Part shown: positions 1-19,275 of the stretch, one piece after another | Position numbering within the stretch: position 1 is the stretch's first letter | How the letters are laid out: every line of letters starts with the position of its first letter | Source: the human T2T-CHM13v2.0 reference genome, Homo sapiens | Reading direction: 5' to 3' (one strand) | NCBI RefSeq assembly: GCF_009914755.1 | Contig: NC_060931.1 | Length of the DNA: 64,000 nucleotides | Program-made: the position numbers and the translations under genes | The notes under the pieces: model-generated | What the model saw: the letters and a program-made list of their open reading frames with translations, nothing else | Told to the model about the DNA's origin: nothing | The model's database searches: none

Positions 1-1468
1 TTTCAATCTTGAGCTTCTCAAAGTTCTTGGCAGGACCAAGAAAGAGAAAGAAACTGCGTGCCAGTCATGGTTATTTGACCAAATCAACCTCTATCTGATC
101 CAGATAAGTCCCCAAATATTCTGTTATGTGAACCAATGAAATTTCCTTATTGTTTTTCAGTTTTAATGGGATTTCAGTGACTTGCAGAAAGAATGATAAA
201 TTATATAAAAAGTAATAATATAGTAACTCACTGTAATCAGAATATCTCTGCATTTATTTTTACTCTTTTTTTTCTGCACATATTGGGATTCACAGACACA
301 TGTTTTGAAGAAAGCATAGCGTTGCTTAAAAACAATGAAAAGCCACAGACCTAAAAAGAAAAAAGAAAAGAAAAGCCATAGACTTAGATCTTGATTCATG
401 TCAGGAAAGATACTGGTGTTTATGGGGGTCAATACATAGCACCCATCTTTTCTCTACCTCATCTCCAAAGCCACTGAGATCTAGATCAAAATGTGAATAT
501 TCTTCTGATGGAGCTGCTGCAGTCATGGCGAGCTTCCTAATAGTTCAGACCTAGCTGGACTTTCTCACCCAGCCACAGGCAGCACCGAGCCAGCACAGGC
601 CTGTTCTTGGGAAACTAATGATAAGGGTGCATAAACAAATGAAGACTTCATAGACAGGCTGACTTTTAAGAGAAGAGAGAAAGGAGGGGCATGGCTACAG
701 TACCAGTGTCTTATCTCAGCCAGTATGTCAATCCTCTTACCCAGAATAAGATAAGAATAGTCAGGGGCTGAGAGTCAAGAAAGCAAATGTACAAAAATAT
801 GTAATGAGAATTGTGGCAAATACTAGAAAGGAAACAAACAAGGCCTTGTGAGAAAATAACTGGGCAGGGCTGCTTTAAAAGGGATAGCCCAGCAAGGCTC
901 TATGAGAGGACATTTAAACTGAAGCCCAAAGGACGAAAAGGAAACTGTCATTCAAATGGGGGAGGAGATTAGAGACAGGAGAGCATTCCAGGTTGAAAGA
1001 TCCTGCAAATACAAAGTCCCCAGGGTGGGGATGAGTATAGGCTAGGGGTGCACAAGGTGAAGCCTTTAGGGAAGGCTGAACCATGCCTTAAGTGGGGATC
1101 AGGTGTTTGGATTTTGTTCCAAGTGCAATGGGGAGTTGTTGAACCATCAAATAGGAGAGTGACATGAACTGATTTATGGTTTCAAAAAATACCTTTGGCT
1201 GTTCTGAAAATGAGCTGGGCAGGTTTCAGAGCAGAGACAGGGAGGTCAGTTGGGAGAACATTGTAGTAGCCCAGATAAGAGATAGTGGTCTAAAGCAGTG
1301 CCAGTGGATATACGCAGAAGGTAATGGGTCTGAGACATATTTTGGAGTTGGCTAGACACAGTATGCTGATGGATTAAATATAGTTGACTAAGGGGTGCCT
1401 AGATTTTTTGCCTAGAGCAAAAACATATATTATTTCCTCCCTCCCTTCCTTTCTTTCTTTCTTCTTTC

Positions 1469-1887
1469 TGTAAATAAAATGTACAAGAGGCCATTGGTTT
1501 GGACTTAACTCCTGCACTAAGCCCAACAGACCAAACCAAATGGAGTTACTCGTGCTGAAGTTCCAAGCCACCATGCTGAAATTAATCTGTTTATCTGAAC
1601 TTCAGAGAAATCAGGGGAAAGAGAGATAATAGCCAAATCCCCAAACAGGCCAGTTTTAGCTAGCATGATAAAGAAGTCACTTCTGCTTTAACCTTTACAA
1701 AGAAAGTAACTATGAAATGACCAATCCACTTTTTATTCTCAGTTTCGTTTATTCAGCCTATAAAGTCAATCTCTTCTGCTCAGCTCCTCGGAATACCAAT
1801 TCTATTTTATAGGGATTGCCTGATTCTGGAATCACAAATAAAAGTCAATTAGATCTTTAAACCAAACTTGTGATTTTGTCTTTGACC
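1469..1887 (+). mobile_element. ERV1-class solo LTR (MER4-group-like; subfamily uncertain)
   Basis: Starts TGTAAATAAAAT...GAGGCCATTGGTTTGGAC. AATAAA near 1837, ends ...TTTTGTCTTTGAC. About 420 bp. Confidence 0.55.
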
Positions 1888-2483
1888 CTTCCTTTTTTCC
1901 TCTTTTTCTTCTTTCTTTCTCTTCCTCTTCTATTCTTCTTTGCCTTATTCATATTTTTTTGTATGAGAAGAGTACATCAATATTTCATGTACAGACATGT
2001 TAAGTTTGAGATATATAGTCGAGATTCAACTATAAGGATAAGAGATTCTGGAGTTTAAAGGAGATGTTTAGTTTGGATACATATATATATATTTGGGAAT
2101 TATCAGCAATTACATGGCATTTAAAGCCACAGGAATAATTGAGAGCATCTAGGGAGAGGGTAAAAGAAGAGAAGAAGTGCAAGGAATCAGAAGATCTCCA
2201 ACATTTAGAAGTCTAATAGAAGCAAAGGAGCTAGAAAGGAAACTGAAAATGCATAGCCAGTTGGGTAGGTGGAAAACTAGAATATAGCCTCATGGAAGTC
2301 AAGGGAAGAGCACTTTAAAGGAGGGGGTGGCCAACTGTATCATATGCACAACAAGAACACGGTGAAATGAAGACAGAAAGATCTCTTGCATTTTGTCCCA
2401 TGGAAGTCTTAGGTTGCCCGTAACAAGAGCAGTTTTAGTAGGGGAAAGAAAGATAATCATAAAGAGTTGAAGAATGAATGGGA

Positions 2484-3904
2484 CGGGGAAAGGATGGTCT
2501 CATCAACAAATAATTTTAGGATATTTGGATATCTATTGCAGAAGAAAAAAATTAGACCCTTATCTCATACCATATACAAAAATCAACTCAAAATGGATTG
2601 AAGATTAAACATAAGACCTGAAAATATAAGACTACTAGAAGAAAACATAGGGACTTAGCTCCATGACATTGGTTTGGGCAATTACTTTTTGGATATGACC
2701 CCCAAAGTACAAGCAACAAAAGTGAAAATAAACAAATGGGATTATATCAAACTAAAAAGCTTCTGCACAGCAAAGGAAATGATCAACAGCATGAAAAAAC
2801 AACCTATATAATGGGAGAAAATATTTTCAAACCATACATCAGCTAAGGGGTTAATATTCAAAGTATATAAGGAACTCAAAAACTTACTAGGAAGAAAACA
2901 AATAACTCAATTTAAAAAATGGGCAAAGGACCTGAATAGACATTTCTCAAAAGAGGACATACAAATGATCAACAGGTATATGGGGGGAAGAAAAAAGCTC
3001 AATAACACTAATCATTAGAGAAATACAAATGTAAACTACAATAACATATGACCTCACAACTATTAGAATAGCTATTATGAAAACGACAAACGATAACAAG
3101 TGTTGGTGAGGATGTGGAGAAAAGGGAACCCTAGCACACTGTTTGTGGGAATGTAAATTAGCACAGCCATTATGGAAAACAGCGTGGAGATTCCTCTTAA
3201 AAATAAAACTGCCGTATGACCCAGCAATTCCACTTCTGGGTACATATCCAAAGGAAATGAAATCAGTATGTAGAAAAGATATCTGCACTCCCATGATCCC
3301 TGCAGCACTATTCACAATAGCGAAGATATGGAATCAACCTGTGTTCATCAATGAATGAATGGATAAAATATATGTGGTATATATGAAAAACTATTCAGCC
3401 TTAATAAAGAAGGAAATCCTGTCTTTTGTGACAATATGGATGAACCTGGAGAACATTATGTTAAGTACAGTAAGACAGGCACAGAAAGAAATACCATATG
3501 ACCTCACTCATATATAGAATCTGAAAATTTGAACTCATGGAAGCAGAGAGTAGAATGGTGGTTACCGAGGGTTGTGGAGGGAGAGAGGTTGGGGAGTTGT
3601 TGATCAAAGGACACAAAACCTGAGTTAGACAGGAGGAATAAGTTAAAGAGATCTATTGTATAGTGCGGTGACTACAGTTAATAACAATGTATTGCATGCT
3701 CAAATGTTGCTAAGAGTAGATTTTAAGTGCTCTCACCACAAAGAAAGTGAGATAATGCATATGTTAATTTACTTTATTTAGCCACTCCACAATATATACA
3801 TATTTCAAAACATCATGTTGTACACTGAAATTTTTAAAAAATCATTAAAGCACCCAAAAAGCCTATAAAATAAAAATAAATAAACAATAATTTAAATGAA
3901 GAAC
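2484..3904 (+). mobile_element. 5'-truncated L1MA-type LINE-1 (ORF2 C-terminus, 3'UTR, A-rich tail)
   Basis: ORF2 C-terminal peptide ([17 protein letters not shown]...[13 protein letters not shown] 3143-3358) and L1MA-like 3'UTR. Perfect 14-bp TSD AAGAATGAATGGGA at 2470-2483 and 3905-3918. Confidence 0.9.
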
Positions 3905-4235
3905 AAGAATGAATGGGAGGTGAAGAAATGGAAACAGAGCTCTAGAAAACTCTTTTTGATAGATTTTGCTGTGAAGGGGGAGTTGAAAAGCTGTAAATAG
4001 AAGGAAATGTGGGGCCAAAGGAGGTGTTTGTGTGTTTCTTTGCTTGTTTAAAGATGGGAGATTCTATGGCTGTCTGTTTGCTGATGGAGCTGTGATCTAG
4101 TAAGGTGGGATGTAGTGACATGCAGGAGAGAAAAGGGTAAAGCAAAGAAGTGAGGTCTTCGAGAGGAAGGGAGGAAATAGTCCAAAGCACAAAGATTGAG
4201 ACTGAAAATTGAGAGTGAAGCCTGCCCTTCGCCTA

Positions 4236-5008
<773 letters not shown>

Positions 5009-5764
5009 CTATTTTCTTACTGCTATCCAAGGCCTAGGATAGAGTAATATAGCTATATCACCCTCAATAATTACGATGTCTTATAATTATATTTTAAATC
5101 CTGCCATGTATAAATCAAAATATGACTTAATTGGTAACGTTATGAGACTTTCCATAGATATAAATTTACAAAGAATAACAACTTTCTTGGTTAGAGCATG
5201 TGTGCGATTTTTTCAATATAAGTACAGTCTAATCGACCACATTTAGAATGAAATATGAGAACCAAGAGTATTCTATGATTATGATTATAGATATAATTAC
5301 TGACAGTTGAAATTTGCTTGCTTGAGTAGACCAGATAATTAAAATATCATGTTAAATAGGCTTAGGATCAAACCTATACAGAACTGACGGCTTTGCAAAG
5401 AGAAAAATTTCCATGGCTGGAGAACTGCATTCTTAACCTGGGCCAGGTATTTCAAAAATATGCTGTTTTGGTCATGAGGGAATACAGGGAGGGAGGAGCG
5501 TGGGTGGGGACAGAAATGTTACAGATGACTTTGTGCAAACTCATCACCACTGTAGGAAAAACAACACAAAACCACGACCCAGTCAGTAACATTATCTTAG
5601 GTCTATAGAGAACTGGCACACTTTTTGGCTGACTGTCATCCTCAATAATTTATCTTGTAGTTACACAATGTGTTTCCTTAAGAAAACTCAAAGAGCACTA
5701 TACAAGTTATTTCATTGTCTTCGTAACATTCTGAAGATAAAAGCAGAAGGGAAGTTGTCTAGAC

Positions 5765-6432
<668 letters not shown>

Positions 6433-6874
6433 CAAGAGAATAAAAGAAAGGGCGACAGTCACAGAACCTGAAGTCCAGACTCTATTGCAAGCTAAGATAA
6501 TGTGAGTCACAGTTTGTCACTGCCCTGCTTAAAATCCTCCATGGGTTTCCTGTCACACCTATCACAACAGCTGACGTCTTACCTGTAAGGCTGCACATGG
6601 AACTGCCCCTGCCTTCCTTACTGATTTCATAGCCTGCTAATTTCCCCCTCATTCTGTCCCCATCCTAGGCCTTCTCCTTTGCTGAGTCCAGTTCATTCCT
6701 ATGTCAGGTTGGTGGCACTTCCTCCTCCTTCAGCCTCAAATATATCTTCTCGTGGCTCAAACCGTGACTTAATTCATGTTTTTGCTGAAAAGTCATTTTA
6801 TAAAGGCCGGCCTATGATCAGAAATAGCTCCTTCGCTAGCCACTCTCCACCTACTTACCCTGCTTTCTTAATGT

Positions 6875-7185
<311 letters not shown>

Positions 7186-7245
7186 TAATGTTTATTGTGC
7201 TAAGTATTGAAAGTATATATGCATGTATACTGTTTTATATATACA

Positions 7246-7533
7246 TTTTTTTTTTGAGATAGGATCTTACTCTTGCCCAGGCTGGAGTGCAGTGGTGGGA
7301 TCACAGCTAATTACAGCCTCAACCTCCCACGCTCAAGAGATCCTTCTGTCCCTGACCCCAGTAAATGGGACTACAGGCATGTGCCACCATGACTGGCTAA
7401 TTTTTAATTTTTTGTAGAGACAAAGTCTTGCTATATTGCCCAGGTGGGTCTTGAACTCTTGGGCTCCAGTCATCTTCCTGCCTTGGCCGCCCAAAGTGCT
7501 GTGATTACAGGCATAAGCCATGGCACCCAGCCT
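7246..7533 (-). mobile_element. AluJ-like
   Basis: Antisense Alu consensus, diverged. Confidence 0.88.
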
Positions 7534-7699
7534 GAATTTTGTTGTTGTTGTTGTTTACTATCATCTCCTCCACTGGAAAGTAAGTTTTATGAGGTCAGGG
7601 GCTTTGGTTTGGTTTGTATACTGTTAGATTACAGCACCTGGCACACAGTAGGCTTGTTGAATGGATGAGTCATTTTGGGCAGGTCATTTGGAGGGTACA

Positions 7700-7950
7700 G
7701 TGCAACATTTAGGAGCTTGCACTCTGAAGTGAGACTCCTTGAGTTTGTACTGTAGCCTGTCTGCTGACTAGCTCTGTTCCTTTGAGTAACTGCTTAACCT
7801 CTTGCAACCTCAGTTTCTTCATCTGAAAAATTGGGATGTTAATAATATCTACTTCGTAGAGATGATGTTATTTTGAGGATTAAATGAGATAAACTAGGTC
7901 AAATACTTAATACAGTATCTAGCTCATAATAAACTTGAGAAAAATTGCTA
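7700..7950 (+). mobile_element. MIR
   Basis: Core motif CCTCAGTTTCTTCATCTGAAAAATTGGG...GAGGATTAAATGAGATAA. Confidence 0.7.
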
Positions 7951-8259
7951 TTATCTATTAAACAGAGATGAAAACGAGTGCTTCTGCTTAGACATACTTC
8001 ACCTACTCCAGTGCTCCATAGCCTTGGCTCTGGTCAAGGTTCCTAACAGACGTTCCTCTGTGTGATCCATCCTTATCTGTTACCCTTTTGGCACCACTCG
8101 ATAGGTTGAACGTTCTCCTCCCTGATTCCCACAGGACACAGACTTTCCTACTACTTTTCTGCTTGTCTCTGTTCATGCCCCTTTGCAGGCTCCTCATCCT
8201 CTCCCCTTTTTATATTTGTTCAGGCTCTGCCTTTGACACTGATTATTCTTTCCTTTTTC

Positions 8260-8800
8260 TTCAATTTTTCAATTCTGTTAATATACACATAACACAAAAT
8301 TTACTATGTTTAAGTATATACAATTCAGTGGTATTAAATATTCATAATGTTGGGCAATCATCACCACCATCTATCTTAACTTTTCTTATTTTATAAAACT
8401 GAAACTCTATGCCCATTAAACAGTAACTCCCCATTTCCTTCTTGCTTCAACCCCTGGCAAGTACCATCCTACTGTCTGTCTCTATGATTTTGACTACTCT
8501 TAAGTACCTCATGTAAGTGGAATCATACAATATTTGTCTTTTTGTAATTGGCTTATTTTTCACTTAACATAATGTCAAGGTTCATCCATGTTGTAACATG
8601 TGTCAGAATTTCCTTCCTTTTCAAGGTTGAGTAATATCCCATTGTGTGTCTACATCACACTTTGTTTAACCATTTATCTGTCAATAGACACTTGAACTGC
8701 TTCCACATTTTAGCTATTGTGAATAATGCTGTTATAAACGTGGGTGTGCAAATATGTCTTTGAGACCCTATTTTCAATTCTTTTGGGCATATACCTAGCC
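8260..8800 (-). mobile_element. L1MB-like LINE-1 3' fragment
   Basis: Antisense ORF2 end (ICTPTFITALFTIAKMWKQFKC, ORF 8655-8864) plus 3'UTR. Confidence 0.75.
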
Positions 8801-8829
8801 ACCGATTACTCTGTATACCTTCTACCTGA

Positions 8830-9180
<351 letters not shown>

Positions 9181-10299
9181 CTTCAATTGCCACTTCTATG
9201 CTGATGATTCCAAATCTACATCTCTAGTCCAGCTTTCTCTCCTGTGCTCCAGGTCCGTACCTGTGATGCCCTTACAGCCATTCTGCTTGGATATCCAATA
9301 TTGAAATTATTCTATTTCCTCCAAACCTGCTGCCCTTCGGTATTTCCTGTCTAAATGAATGGCAACTCCATGTACCCATCGTCCAAACCAGAAAATGTGG
9401 TATCAATCCGGAGTCCTCCCTCTCCAATCCCACAATCCAATCAACCTCAAAGTAGTCACACATCTACTTCTACATACTCCTATAGTCATACCCGAATTCA
9501 GGTCAATATCACTTCCTGTCTACCTTCCAGGGTACTGGTAACTAATAGCTTCCTAGAGACACCTCTGTATCCATTCTTTCCTCCCTCAAATTCTTTTCCA
9601 TAAAGTAACTAGAATAATTTTAATAAAATGCAAATCTGATCTCATTATCGGATGCTCAGATCTTCATTGCTTAGAACTCCAATGTGATGGGTAGCTCCCC
9701 CTTGCCTTTAGGACAAAGTCAATGTTTTTAGCCATTTAATATTTAGTTATACATATTTTAAGTTTTATATACACACCTGTTACAAACAAACAAAACAGCA
9801 GCCCTACAACATACCCTCTCCCATATCACTGTCCACCATTTCTTATGGTTCAGTTCCCTAGGGGCAACCCCTTCCAGCTATTCTACCTGATTCCTTTGAA
9901 ATTATCTCCATATCTCTAAATAACGTATTTATAGTGCTATTAAAGTTTTCCTCAGTAACCTCTAACTTTAGAAATGAAGATTTAATTTCACCAAACCCCA
10001 TAGGTACCCATACGCATGTACACCTTCCATTCTTCTTCTTCCCAACATGATCATGATTTAATAATATTGCATTCAGTATTTGCACTGATAGGACTTTCTA
10101 CATATTTATTTCTATATATTTATTTATATCTCACCATATAGTATACTATGCTATGAGTACACTTCCTTTCTTGTACTGCTTTTTGTTTGTTTTTTTTCTG
10201 GAGTTAATAGCTCTCTTTTTCCTCCCCTGTAACTTTATTTTTGTGATGAAGATGCTGACTCCATTTTTGTCGTTTGACTGTTGATAGCTTTCTTCTTTT

Positions 10300-10723
<424 letters not shown>

Positions 10724-11925
10724 TGACACTCTGGCCCATTCTAGGAGAATTTTCTTCCATGCTAAGTCTATCCTTTAACCACAATAAAATCCCCAAACCA
10801 CGCCCAGCCTTTTGCTCATCTTCTTTCCCTTTTGGGAACCCCCTAATTACTGTACTAAATCTAGTTTATTCATATTCACTGGTGAGTGCATTGTGTCATT
10901 TGTCTGGATACCTAAATTTCTGGGTGGGCAATCATGCCCATCTCTGTGCAGACTGATCAAAACAGCTTTCTATGTTCTTATTAATATGTCTCCAAACTGT
11001 CCCCACCTCTAGTTTTGTAAATCTTCCCTCAACATGCTTTTTAAAATTTTTTAAATAAAATTCAGTCTGAAAGTTTTCTTCTTTTTTTTTTTTTTTATCA
11101 ACCCATCTTCACATTGATCAATGTGGTTTAAAAACCAGTTGTTCTATCAATGTAATTTTCCTGATGAACTTTCTCCTAGAGTCTTCTGCCCTGCTCCAGT
11201 CCACCAGATTGGTTGACTGGCATCCATCTGCACTGTGGTCTTAGGTTCTCCCTCCATTATCATCCTGCCCTTCTCACATATTGGAACCCTGTTACATGGA
11301 TTACATTTCCCCTTTTCTTGTTCTGGTTGAACAAATCTTCGGATGGCTTACTGAGAGGTGAACCTGGGAGGTGGCATTTTTGACCTTTCATATTTGAAAG
11401 CATTTATTCTCTGCTCTCCCACCTAATTAGTAATTTGGCTGGAAATAGAATTCTAGATTAGAAATCACTCTCTTTTACATTTTCTAGTATCCAGTGTTTC
11501 TGTTGAGTAGTCTAAAACCATTCTGATACTGGATTCTTTTTAGAATCCTAATTTTGTTTTCTGAAAGCTTTTCGAATATTCTCTTGGTTCACAGGGTTAT
11601 GCAATTTCACAATGAAGTGTCTCAGTGTAGATTTATTTTCATTTGTTTTCTTGGGAACTCAATAGACCCTTTCAATTTGGAAAGTCATTTTCCTTTATTA
11701 AAGGAAATTTTCTTGAATTATTTCTTTGATAATTTCCTCTCTTCTATTTTCTTTGTTCTTTCTTTCTGTAAACTTCTATTATTCAGATATTGAACTTCCT
11801 GAACTAGTCTGTACCTTTCTCATCTTTTTTTCTCCACTTTCCCTCTCTTTATCTTTTTGTTTTACTTGCTGGGGAATTTCTTTTCCTTTAAATTTTAAAG
11901 CTTTACCTGAAGTTTTCATTTATCT

Positions 11926-12242
<317 letters not shown>

Positions 12243-13507
12243 AAAGTTTCCTTTTAAACTATGATATTTTTACTGTCCAATTTATTTTTGGCCTTTGCTA
12301 CTTTTTAAAAAATTTGTAGTACCCAGTTCTTGTTTAATGGCTGTAATATGCTATAATATTTTGCTATCTTTTTTTGAAGATATTAATTCTTTTCTTCTTC
12401 ATAGTCTTTATTTCTTCCTAGCTGTTTTTCCATTAGTTTGTTTTGGCCTCTACTTTTCTTATTATATTCCATCAACTATATGGAGATCCTTGGCTGCCTG
12501 CCCATCCATATCTGGGAGAAAGACACTGAAAAGTTTTTGGAAAGCTTGATTTATATGGTTCAGCCTGTCAACTATGGTTTTCACTGCAGGATAATCTGTT
12601 GGCCAGAACTATGTGAAGGAAGTGAGAAAAGATGGCTAGGGTCCTTGACATTCAGTTATAAATTTTCAGTAGGTTGCTTCTCAGCCTTGCCAATGGCTGG
12701 CTTAGGAATCAGCTTTCTTGGGACTGACGACTGTAATTTTTCCAATTTCCAAAATTGTGTTGCTGCTTTTTCCTCTTCCATTACCTGTGTGCTTATGGAC
12801 TTATGCTTTTAAAAACTTCATTCATCATAGTTTTGGTGAGTTTTCAGAAGGAACAGAAACTACCATGAATGTTGTCTGCCATTTCTAGTAGGAATTAAAG
12901 CATATATACCTTTTACTGTATAAGTATTAAAGTGTCTCCCTTTTGGCCCTTGCCAAACTTGCCAACCTCATCTTATGTCTGTTGCATACTCCAACTGCCT
13001 TTCAGATTCTCGAACCCGCCATGTTCTGCCTTTGCCATCTGGCCCCCACAAATGCTGATCCCTCTGTAAGAAACTTCTGCTTTCTGCGTGACTACCTCTA
13101 TGGATCCTTCAGATCTCAGTTTAGGTGTGATTGCTCAGAGAGGATGTGTCTCACCCTCAAATTATGGTGAAATGTCCTTGCTGTGGCATTCAGTCTTTTC
13201 TCTATTTTAAAATGGGTCATGTTTTATTGTAAATGGTGGTTTTAACATCATTTTCCCTCACTAGTCTGTAAGCTTCGTGCAGGGAGGGATTATGACCATG
13301 CTCCATCTCACCCACTGCAGTATAACCAGATCTTAGCACAGTACCTGGGACATAGTAGGTGCTCAATATGTGTTTGATGAATAAACAAATGAAGACAAGT
13401 GAAATTACTTTCTTACAGTAAGGAAATAGAGTACTGAAAATGGAGCCTCCCACCTCTTTCTGGTTAACTACATCAACTGTCCCTCTTTTCTTGGTTTGTA
13501 ATTAAAA

Positions 13508-13972
<465 letters not shown>

Positions 13973-15319
13973 TTAATATCTTCTGCTTCTAGCCTTGCTT
14001 TTTCACTGTTTGAAACACACCTAGGATGTTTATCTCTCCAACTCATCCTTCATCTTTGTAGGTGCCTCCATGTTATCCTCTCTATCTGACTTTCATCAAA
14101 TAACTACCATCGTGTTGCTATTCCGGGAAGTGAATCATTGGTTCTCACTTGATGGGGGCAGTGCAATAATCATCTTGGAGTCTTTTTCAATCTACACATG
14201 GCTCTTCCTCCTCCTGCCCTTCCAGTCCCTACCTAGAATGTCATAGAGCAGTCCTTTAAATGTGCATCCTAATAACTTTGGTGTGACTGTCTTCATAGGT
14301 AAGGAATGTTGGTTTAAATATTAATTATGACTAAGCTGTATTTTATTAATCTGCTACTGACATTAGTACTTTTCTTACTTTTCTCAGATGTGGAGGTGGT
14401 GGTATAATGTGAGTCAAATACCAGCTTTAGAACTTCTTAAATTTATTTTTTAATTTTCAGTTTTTACTCACACCATGGCTGCTTACTTATAGACAGCTTT
14501 AGAACTTGATTGACCTGCTGACTTGCCACTCACCAGCTGGGTTGGTTTGTTCCATTTTACCTTTTCATTTTGAAAATTAAAAAACCTACAGAAAGCTAAA
14601 AAGACAATGCAATGGAAACTGTATATTCCTCACCTACGTTCACCAATTTTTATCATTTTTGTCACTACCCTCTCCTGTGTGCGTGTATATATGCATATAT
14701 ACATACGGAGATAGATCAACATGTGTGTGTATGTTGCTATTAAATCATATGAACATAATTTTTGTTGTTGAGCCGTTTAAAAATAATTTGTATATATCAT
14801 GACATTTTATCCATAAATACTTGTCATACCTAAGAAAATTAACTTGAATCCAACATCTAATACACTGTCAATATTTTAATTTCTAATCTTCTCAAATGTA
14901 TTTTACAACTGTGTGTTATAAAATACTGTGCGGTTTCATATTATTTTTTAATCCAGGAGTCAGACAAAGTTTGTGCATTACTTGTGGTTGCTATGTCTCT
15001 TTAATATAGAACAATACCCTGCCTTGTTTTGCTTTGTTTTTCATGAACAAACATGAATATTGATACCCTTTGAAAAGCCCCAATCAGTAATCTTCTAGAA
15101 GGTCCCACATTCTGGGCCTGTGTGACTGCTAAACATCTTTGGCAGAATACAACATAGGTGGTGTGGGTACCTCTTGTTGCCTTACATTAGGAAGCACATG
15201 GTATTCAGGATGTCCGCTATTGGTTGAGTCTATGTTTGATCACTTGGGCAAGGGCGTAACAGCCAACCAATCCATTGTGACTGTAATCTGTATAGGGTTA
15301 CAGTGTAGAGGATTGTTAC

Positions 15320-15998
<679 letters not shown>

Positions 15999-16130
15999 GA
16001 TATTCTTTACTCGACAAAAATATATCCAGTGATTTATTTGCCTCAATCAATGATTACATTGGGGTTGCAAAATTGTGACTTTCTAATTCTGCTGTAACTT
16101 TTACACTTACTCTGCTGAGTAGTGTTTCTC

Positions 16131-16429
16131 ATTTTTTATTTTTTAGAGAGAGGATCTCACTCTGTTGCCCAGACTGGAGTGCAGTGGTGTGATCACAGCT
16201 CACTGTAGCCTCAACCTGCTGGACTAAAGCCATCCTCCCACCTCAGGCTCATGAGTAGCTGGGACTACAGGTGCATGCCACCACACCTGACTAATTTTTA
16301 AATTTTTTTGTAAAGATGGGATCTCCCTATGTTGCCCAGGGCTGGTCTCGAATTCCTGGGTTCCAGCAATCCTCCTGCCTAGGCCTCCCAAAGTGCTGGG
16401 ATTACAGGTGTGAGCCACCGTGCCTGGTC
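16131..16429 (-). mobile_element. AluJ-like
   Basis: Antisense Alu consensus. Confidence 0.9.
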
Positions 16430-16444
16430 AGCTGTGTAGTTTTA

Positions 16445-16770
<326 letters not shown>

Positions 16771-19159
16771 TTGATTTCAATGGACCTTAGTTTTTTCACC
16801 TGTAAAATAGGATCATAAAAGACAACTCATAGGGTGATGGTGAAAGTGGAGGTCTTCAATTGCCTAGTATGTAGCAATGATTCCACAAATGATAGTTTAA
16901 AAATGTTTATTTCGATCACTTACAAACACCAATTAGAGAGGAATCCTTTTTCCAAAGTCAGTTGTACATCTTTCAATACCACACTTTTAATTTCTTTCCT
17001 ATAAGGTAGGAAAAAGCAAAATACAGTGTCGTAAGTTAAAAGTTTGGATGCATTTATTAACCTGTCTGAGTATGGCCACTTTCTTGAACTCTCTTTGCTT
17101 CAGAAGAGTTCCTTTCTATACAATAAGGACAATCATGATTATACCAAAGTATATCAAAAGAAAAAGAAGTGACTACCATCATGCAATCAAAATGCTTTAT
17201 AAAAGGAAACATTTTGGTAAACAAGTGTGTGTCAATTTAGAACTGGAACCTGTGTAATGATCTTGGGCACATACTTTTGGCATTTCTAGGCCCATTTTCT
17301 TGTGTAACCTAGTGATAATGATAATGCCTCTTGGGGTAGTATGAGTTAAGATAAAATGAGATCATTAATTCATAGCCTATTATAAAACCACAAGTTATAA
17401 TAGTAACATTGTACAGTTATAAATATTGAGTTATTTTAGCTAGAGAATGTCATATGTGCAATGATACTATCAATATGACTTCTATAGATACTTTTTTTTT
17501 TGGCTTGTAAGTGCTTGATTAGAATAGACATGTGAATGCAGATGAACTGTCAAAGGGCCTGGGAGGAAAGACTAGGATGTTTTTGATAGAAAAGGTGCAT
17601 TTCTGAACTTAATTGTCCTTAACAGGACTTGTCTGGACTGCACAAAAGCCATAAGGTTTTAGTTCACTAAGGTTTTAGTTTCTGTCCACTTTCACATCCA
17701 TGTCCAGGGTTCAATTACAGGGCTGGTCTCTGAAGTTTAGTTTTGATGAATGCAACATGATACATTGAAATTGATGCCATTCATGACTGAGGACCCACAG
17801 TTAATGGCACATCTGTACCACAAATACAAGTAATACCAAAAGCATTATTAAGTGAACTGTATCTTAGAATAGTGTTAGATGTTTTCTCGTATAAATGCCT
17901 ATAGTACAAGTTATGTAACAATAAAAAACATGAATGATATGCATTATCATATTTAAGCACGGTTTAATGGGAGAGGGGAACTTACCAGTTTTTAATGCAT
18001 GCTTTGATGCTGGTAGTTTATCTTCTGCAAACTATTCTGAGCTAATTTATGTTTAACATCATTTGGATGTTTTTACAACTTCTTTGTCTTTCTTACAGTC
18101 ATTGGCAAGTAGATCAATTTACTTAGGTCCCTTGGTCTCTTGAGATGTAGGATGAAAAAATGTACAATTACCTATAAAATAAGCAAATGTAGGTCTCATT
18201 TTCGAACAAGACTGGAGGTTTTGTGTCAGCAGACAGTGATTTCTGTAAACGTGAAAAGGCTCTGAATTAGGAAGGAGTAGGCAAAGGATGGGTGGTGGAA
18301 CAAGGAGGAGAGATGAGGGAAGCCTTCATTGACCTGAGTTGTGAATACACTGGTTTCTGGAACCTTCCATTTTACTCCCCTTTCTGATTTCAATTTGCTC
18401 TTTGTCAAAGAAAAAAAAAAAAGAACTCTTTAAGTTTGGATACTGTCCAATAGTTGGAACATAAGGGTTGGTGACAAGAGTTTTAGAGTCAATGTACCAA
18501 TTTTACTGATGACTCACTGAGAACTTTGTACAAGTCACTTAACCTTGTGTTACTTCAGTTCCTGATGTGTTCAAAAAGGATAAATTTGATCCTAAAACTA
18601 GTTAAATAGGTTGACTATTTAGAGCTCTAAGAGGATATTTAATAATGTAAATGTCTACCACTTTAATAATTATACTCTGGCACTATGTCTTAATCTTTAA
18701 CTATCTATGCTTTGGCTAAATTCTAAAACTTTACATTATAAACATATCTTTTTGAAACTCATTTTCCAGCTCTATTCTTCATGTTCTTGGTATCCTTGTT
18801 TCATGGATTTCTTTTCTCTGATAATATTTTAAAAACTGTTTCAGATCAATAAGTCTGCTTTTGCTGGAATTTTGGATTCTAATTAAATCCTTTATATTTT
18901 ATCTTACTTAAATTAGGATTCTTTCCCTTATAATCTACTGCCAGCATACTAGCCTGATATTTTTCTTATGTGGAAAATATCCACATTTTATTTTATAATA
19001 AAAGCATAATGTATATGTAATGTGACTAGAAATGATGTATCTTAAATTTCACATAATTTTTGGCAATGAATCCTTGTCTATCTTATTTGTGTATGACTTA
19101 CTCTTCATTAATATATCTATCTATAGTATATAAGATGGAAGAGGGAAAATTTCATCATT

Positions 19160-19275
19160 ACATTTTATTTATCTATTAGAGATGGGTTCTTGCTGTGTTG
19201 CCCAGGCTGGTCTTAAACTCCTGGGCTCAAGAGATCCTCCCACCTAAGCCACCTGAGTAGCTGAGACTGTAGGTA
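19160..19275 (-). mobile_element. Alu monomer (FLAM-like)
   Basis: Single antisense Alu arm. Confidence 0.7.
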
